In this document: positions 59,096-64,000 of the stretch, one piece after another
How positions within the stretch are numbered: position 1 is the first letter of the stretch
How the letters are laid out: every line of letters begins with the position of its first letter
Source of the DNA: Dehalococcoidia bacterium
Lineage (GTDB): Bacteria > Chloroflexota > Dehalococcoidia > Plut-88900
Length of the DNA stretch: 64,000 bases
Assembly: GCA_965197645.1 (NCBI GenBank)
Contig: OZ240219.1
Coordinates: forward strand, 1,696,001 to 1,760,000
Direction: 5' to 3'
The notes under the pieces: generated by a model
The model's database searches: none
Seen by the model: only the letters and a program-made list of their open reading frames with translations
Told to the model about the DNA's origin: nothing
Translations under genes and position numbers: made by a program

Positions 59096-61036
59096 TCATT
59101 GGTAGGTAGGATCGGGTGGCGGCCGCGTCTTCGTCAGCCCGACTCTACGTCTGATTTTTGCGCCCCACTCTGTAGGCCACAGGACGGCCAGCGTGAACAG
59201 AAGGGCGCCTGCGATAAACAAGACCAGGGCAAGCAGCTGGAGTCCCGAAAAGTACTCGTTGGCAGCGTTCTGGACGATGGTGTAGAGCTTGTCCGCCACC
59301 AGCAGCTTCGTGCCGTCCAGGCCACTAAGGGCGTCCTCCCGCTCATTTTCTATTAGATCTGAACCCTGCACCGACCAGACGCCACCCGCTGCGATGAGGA
59401 TTATCAGGGATGAGACGGTGAGCACGCCTAGCGCCCAGGCTAACCGGCTGCTCCATCTTCGGCCGCCGAGGAACCCGATGATTGTCAGCACGGCCAGCGC
59501 TATCAAGGAGGAGACCCACTGGAAGATACGGACGCTGCCTATTCTCTCGCGGCCTTTATCCAGCTCTTCCAGACGCTCACCCTCGTCGGCATCGATCATG
59601 TCCTGACGAAAGTCGGCAGCTGTATATGTCCACCCGTTGCGCAAGGCATCTCTAACATCATCCAGCACTCGGGGGCCGTCGTCCCCGAACTCGGTCTCCA
59701 GGTCACCTCGCAAGTCCTGAACGGTGTAGACCCAGCCGTCTTTGAACAATTCCCGCATATCATCTATCAGCTCGACGTTATGCTCGTCTCCGGAATCGAT
59801 GAGCGCTTGGCGAAGGTCGGCCTCGGTAAAGGTAACGCTGTTCGGAATCAGTGTGTCAACCTGCTCTTGAACGGGTCCGGATATGTCAATACGCGCCTGG
59901 TCAAGGAGGTCTGCCGCAGTGCTGCCGGGCGGGATGCATGCCGGTAGACCGGTCTGATCGAAATGAAGTGCCTCTCCCGGCCCACAGACGGAAGACTGCT
60001 CGACGAGGGCCACCAGCCGGGCCGTGGCGATATCCTCGATGACCGTGGCGGCATCCCTTTTGTTATCCTCCAGGGAAATGGTCACCGATAAAGCATCGGT
60101 ACGGCCCACGAGGTAAGGGCCGGAACTGTCGACTACCCTATCCACCTGCTCCTGCACCCAGTCGTCCGGAGCGGTCTGCTGCAGTGCCGAAAGTATCTCT
60201 TCCTCCGACACTGTTACTCCGTAGGGCAGACCGAACCCGCCCTGGACCGATTCTTGCACCTTGGGATTGATGACCTCGTCGTAGAGGATACTGTGTGTAT
60301 CTCCCTCTTGCAGCAGGTCCTTCACCTCCTCAAGGGCGATATCCGCTCGGTCAGCCAGCTGAACGTCTATGCGGAACGAATCTCTATCCCCGACGATGTA
60401 AGGCGTGAGTTCGTCTATGACGGCCCTCACCTGGGCTTCGACCCATTCCGGGGAGACGACGGCTCTGGCAGAGCGGACCAGTCGCTCGTCGGTTAAGGGA
60501 ATGCCGAACGGCAGTGAACTCCGGTCCTCCAGGGCCTTGTCGGCTTCTGGTTCGACGACCTCGGCGAAGAGGAGGTCATAGGTGTTGGCCTTGATGAATA
60601 GGGCACCGGCCTCATCAACGAGGATCGCGACCCGGTCTTTGGCTACGATGGTGAAGCTAAAGTTGTCCTCGCGCCCGGTGGCGTATCCACCAACCTGCTC
60701 CAACACTTGCTCCACCTGCTCCTGCACCCAGTCCGGAGGCAGGACGCGGTTGACTGCGGCCACTAGCTCATCGGTGGTCAGCTCCGTCGTGTCCAGGGGA
60801 TTGGCGTCGAGATCGCTGCCCAGGTCCTCGGGCTCTTTTGCCCTGGCCTCGTCCAGCACGGAGGCCAGCAGATCGTTCAGCACGAAATTGTAGACATCGG
60901 CCTTTCGAAGCTGTTCTACATAGAAGCTTTCGTTCAGAATGGTGTCGTTGAACCGGACCAGCAGAAGGTTCCCAAGGAGGACGACGAAGAACAGCAGAGC
61001 GAAGGGTATGACGAAGGCACGTCTGACCCAGATCAC
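59096..61036 (-). CDS. Hypothetical membrane protein with repetitive acidic extracytoplasmic domain
   Basis: N-terminal TM, three C-terminal TMs, repeated PxxWVxxQV and (G)WxYTxxDLR units. Confidence 0.65.
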   Translation of the reverse strand: MIWVRRAFVIPFALLFFVVLLGNLLLVRFNDTILNESFYVEQLRKADVYNFVLNDLLASVLDEARAKEPEDLGSDLDANPLDTTELTTDELVAAVNRVLPPDWVQEQVEQVLEQVGGYATGREDNFSFTIVAKDRVAILVDEAGALFIKANTYDLLFAEVVEPEADKALEDRSSLPFGIPLTDERLVRSARAVVSPEWVEAQVRAVIDELTPYIVGDRDSFRIDVQLADRADIALEEVKDLLQEGDTHSILYDEVINPKVQESVQGGFGLPYGVTVSEEEILSALQQTAPDDWVQEQVDRVVDSSGPYLVGRTDALSVTISLEDNKRDAATVIEDIATARLVALVEQSSVCGPGEALHFDQTGLPACIPPGSTAADLLDQARIDISGPVQEQVDTLIPNSVTFTEADLRQALIDSGDEHNVELIDDMRELFKDGWVYTVQDLRGDLETEFGDDGPRVLDDVRDALRNGWTYTAADFRQDMIDADEGERLEELDKGRERIGSVRIFQWVSSLIALAVLTIIGFLGGRRWSSRLAWALGVLTVSSLIILIAAGGVWSVQGSDLIENEREDALSGLDGTKLLVADKLYTIVQNAANEYFSGLQLLALVLFIAGALLFTLAVLWPTEWGAKIRRRVGLTKTRPPPDPTYQ

Positions 61037-61131
61037 CCGGAGCGCCTCCCGTTGACGGGATAAACTCTAGCGATCCTCCGCGATAGCGCAACTAGCGGAA
61101 ACGACAAGATTCGAGAGGGGGAGGACAGGCT

Positions 61132-62010
61132 TTAGGTTGCCAGCTTGGCGGTGAGCGGCTTGGTGGAGACGATGTGCTTGTTCAGCCCGAGTTCCTTGGG
61201 GGAGATGCCCAAGGCCAGGCCGAGAAACTGGGGCAGGTGGATGACGGGCAGTCCTATCTGGGTACGCTTTCGCTTCTCGGCCCGGGGCTGGCCTCCGTCC
61301 AGGTTGAGGTGACACAGGGGACAGGGGGTGACCATGACATTGGCCCCTTCGTTCTTGGCCTCGATCAGATGGTCACCGGCCATTCCTATGGATGCGGCCT
61401 CGTTCATGGTGAGGATGGGGAACCCGCAGCACTTGGTCTTGCCGCTGTAGTCGACCGCTATGCCGCCCAGCACCGAGGTTATCTGCTCGATGTAGGTGTC
61501 CCTGTCCGGGTTCTCATCGAATCCGAGGATCTCTGTGGGCCGGAGCACGTAGCAGCCGTAGAAGGGGGCGGCACGGACGCCCTCCAGGGGACGCACCACA
61601 AGCTCCTTGAGCTTGTCCAGGCCCACCTCCTCTACGATGACCCACATGAAGTGAGTGATCCGGGTGGTGCCTTTGTACTCCAAGCCCTCCTCGGCCAGGG
61701 TCTCGTTGACCTTGGCCAGGTACTCCGGGTCCGAGGTGAGCTTGTGGTTGGCTGCGCTCATCACCCCCTGACAGGTGCTGCAGATGGTCATGATGGGGAG
61801 GTCCATCTGCTCGGCCATGGCGAAGGTGCGGGCGTTGAGCGTATCGGCCAACTCAGGGTTGCGCTCGCTGAGGACGCCTGCGCCGGTGCAAGCCGCTTCC
61901 TTTAGCGGGACCAACTCCAGGCCCAGCTTGTCAGCGATGGACAGTGTGGAGTTATACAGCTCTGGGGCGCCGCCCTGGGCAACACAGCCTGGATACCAAG
62001 CGAACTTCAT
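61132..62010 (-). CDS. HdrB-like CCG-domain subunit of succinate dehydrogenase/fumarate reductase (SdhE-type)
   Basis: YPGC, ACTG..CSTC, FYGC, CCG..CPLC. Confidence 0.88.
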   Translation of the reverse strand: MKFAWYPGCVAQGGAPELYNSTLSIADKLGLELVPLKEAACTGAGVLSERNPELADTLNARTFAMAEQMDLPIMTICSTCQGVMSAANHKLTSDPEYLAKVNETLAEEGLEYKGTTRITHFMWVIVEEVGLDKLKELVVRPLEGVRAAPFYGCYVLRPTEILGFDENPDRDTYIEQITSVLGGIAVDYSGKTKCCGFPILTMNEAASIGMAGDHLIEAKNEGANVMVTPCPLCHLNLDGGQPRAEKRKRTQIGLPVIHLPQFLGLALGISPKELGLNKHIVSTKPLTAKLAT

Positions 62011-62013
62011 TCT

Positions 62014-62961
62014 TTATTTCTCATCCAGCTTTTCGAATATCTTCTTGACCTTGTCCGCTCCGGGCCGTTTGTGGTGAATCAGGGGAGGCATTTTGCCTGC
62101 TGCCAGGGCCCTGAGCCCCGTGGGGAGCTGGGCTAGCTGGGCACGGACGTTGGTGTAGCCGTAAGATTCTACAGCGAGGCGCGCTTCGTCCAGCCAGCCG
62201 CTGGCCTTCACGGAGCTAGCGAAGGAGTCGCTGTGGCGAACGCCGTTGTGGTCCTTGTAACCGGCATCCACGGCCTTCCTGCGCAGCTCCAGTATCTGCT
62301 CCATGGGCGCCACGCCCTTGGGGCACACTTCTACGCATTGGAAACAGTGGGTGCAGTCCCATATTCCGCCGGGCTCGCTCAGGATTTTGAGTCGGGACCG
62401 GGGACCTTTGTCGCGTGGATCATCGACGAAGCGAAGGGCCTTGGCCAGGGCGGCGGGGCCGAGGAAGTTCTTGTCCACCTCGAGGACGGTGCAGTCCGAT
62501 ACGCAGGAGCCGCACATGATGCAGCCCATCACCTGGTTGAGACCCAGCATGGAAGAGTTGGGAACGATGTACTCATGGTCCGGCGGCTCTCCGTCAGGCA
62601 GGAGCCAGGGGGTAACGGCCCTAATCTGGTTCCAGAAGACATCGATGTCCACGACCAGGTCTTTGATCACCGGCATGTTGCCGCTGGGCTCCACCAGTAC
62701 CGACGAAGTTCTGGCTAACGCATCGGTCAGCCTGGTGTTGCAGGCGAGCATGGCCTGCCCGTTGATGCGCATGGAGCAGGAGCCGCAGATGGCGCTTCGG
62801 CAGGAACAGCGGAGGGCGAGGCTACCGTCCTGGTACTCGCGGATGTTGATCAGGGCGTCAAGGACGGTATCGTTATCTCGCGCCTGCACTTGGAAATCTT
62901 CGTAATAAGGTTCCTCCCCGGACTCGGGGTTGAACCGGCGGACCTTCAGGTTGACGTCCAT
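62014..62961 (-). CDS. sdhB: Succinate dehydrogenase/fumarate reductase Fe-S subunit
   Basis: CRSAICGSC..LAC, CIMCGSCVSDC, CTHCFQCVEVCP, C-terminal extension. Confidence 0.93.
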   Translation of the reverse strand: MDVNLKVRRFNPESGEEPYYEDFQVQARDNDTVLDALINIREYQDGSLALRCSCRSAICGSCSMRINGQAMLACNTRLTDALARTSSVLVEPSGNMPVIKDLVVDIDVFWNQIRAVTPWLLPDGEPPDHEYIVPNSSMLGLNQVMGCIMCGSCVSDCTVLEVDKNFLGPAALAKALRFVDDPRDKGPRSRLKILSEPGGIWDCTHCFQCVEVCPKGVAPMEQILELRRKAVDAGYKDHNGVRHSDSFASSVKASGWLDEARLAVESYGYTNVRAQLAQLPTGLRALAAGKMPPLIHHKRPGADKVKKIFEKLDEK

Positions 62962-62982
62962 TTGATGACCTTCTAGGTTGAT

Positions 62983-64000
62983 CTAGTAACTTCTGACCTG
63001 GGGTTGCCACTTGGTGATGGTGACTGGGGCGAAATCTATGCGAGCCTCCTCGGGCTGATAGTAGGCCAGCACGTGACGCATCCAGTTATCGTCGTCCCGC
63101 TCCGGGTAGTCCAACCGGGTGTGGGCGCCCCGGCTCTCCTTACGGGTGAGGGCGCTGGCGACTATCGCTTCGGCACAGTCTAGCATGTATCCCAGCTCCA
63201 GTACGAACAGCAGGTTGGTGTTGAACACCCGCCCCTTGTCCTGTGGGACGACCTTCTTGTATCGCTCTTTGAGGTCAGCGATCTTTGATTGGGCCGTGTC
63301 CATGCCCTCTTGATCACGAAATACGGCGACGTGCTCGTGCATGGTCTGACCCATCTCGAGACGAAGCTTGGCGGCGGGCTCGCCGGCGTCATCCCTGGAC
63401 AGCAGCCCTTCGATGCGGGCGACTTCATCGCTAAGATGTCCGTTCAAGACGCGGGGCAAAGGCGTGTTCTGAGCGAACTCCGCGGCCGCGATGCCCGCCC
63501 GCCGGCCGAAGACGACGGTCTCCAGCAGCGAGTTGGCGCCGAGCCGGTTTCCGCCATGGAGGCTTATGCAGGCCACTTCGCCGGCGGCGTACAGTCCGGG
63601 GATGGAGGTGGCGCCATCGACGTCCGTCTTGATGCCGCCCATCTGGTAGTGCATCCCCGGGACTATGGGCACCGGCTCTTCGACGACGTCGATATCGGCG
63701 AACTGTAGGGCCAGCTCGTGGATCTGGGATAGCCGCTCCATGATCACGTCCCTGCCCAGGTGCCGGCAATCGAGGAGGACCGCTCCGTTGACACCCCGGC
63801 CTTCGTCGATCTCGACCCGTTCGGCGCGGGACACCACGTCGCGAGAGGCCAGCTCCATCTTGTTGGGAGCGTAGTAGGGATTGCGAGGGTTGCCCAGGAA
63901 CCGCTCACCCTTGGAGTTGAGCAGATAGGCGCCTTCGCCCCTGGCGGCCTCCGAGAGCAGGGCGCCGTTGGCGGGGAGGGTGGTGGGGTGGTACTGGACC
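62983..64000 (-). CDS. sdhA: Succinate dehydrogenase/fumarate reductase flavoprotein (5'-truncated by window edge)
   Basis: Frame open to the edge: VQYHPT, SEAARGEG, ELASRDVV, HYQMGG, HGGNRLGANSL, ESRGAH. Confidence 0.93.
   Translation of the reverse strand, partial: VQYHPTTLPANGALLSEAARGEGAYLLNSKGERFLGNPRNPYYAPNKMELASRDVVSRAERVEIDEGRGVNGAVLLDCRHLGRDVIMERLSQIHELALQFADIDVVEEPVPIVPGMHYQMGGIKTDVDGATSIPGLYAAGEVACISLHGGNRLGANSLLETVVFGRRAGIAAAEFAQNTPLPRVLNGHLSDEVARIEGLLSRDDAGEPAAKLRLEMGQTMHEHVAVFRDQEGMDTAQSKIADLKERYKKVVPQDKGRVFNTNLLFVLELGYMLDCAEAIVASALTRKESRGAHTRLDYPERDDDNWMRHVLAYYQPEEARIDFAPVTITKWQPQVRSY

Overview
GC-rich bacterial chromosome segment. Gene content suggests Chloroflexota, Dehalococcoidia/SAR202-like (alpha2 GlyRS, NurA/HAS/HerA, type-E SDH, paired ACADs, fused CaiB/BaiF, DMFase-like pair); this is inference. 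Most of it is housekeeping (prkA-like, rplS, priA, def, tRNA nucleotidyltransferase, secDF, sbcD, glyQS, holA, ychF, hemW, selB, nurA, herA, folKP, carboxylase/icd/mdh, sdh) plus catabolic accessory genes. Two things stand out. (1) A CoA-transferase-fold alpha subunit is interrupted by one in-frame TGA (13918-13920) at a predicted active-site position, followed by a SECIS-like hairpin, and selB is in the window: a probable selenoenzyme. (2) A ~1.5 kb lower-GC islet between sbcD and glyQS has a sigma70-like promoter preceding a ~240-nt structured RNA. This RNA ends in a tRNA cloverleaf with alanine acceptor identity (G3:U70, A73) but a UAG (Leu) anticodon loop whose reverse complement is a canonical amber-suppressor loop. 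It is followed by a coiled-coil/winged-HTH protein ending in an SSB-like DDLPF tail. All calls are from visual motif reading; no searches were run.
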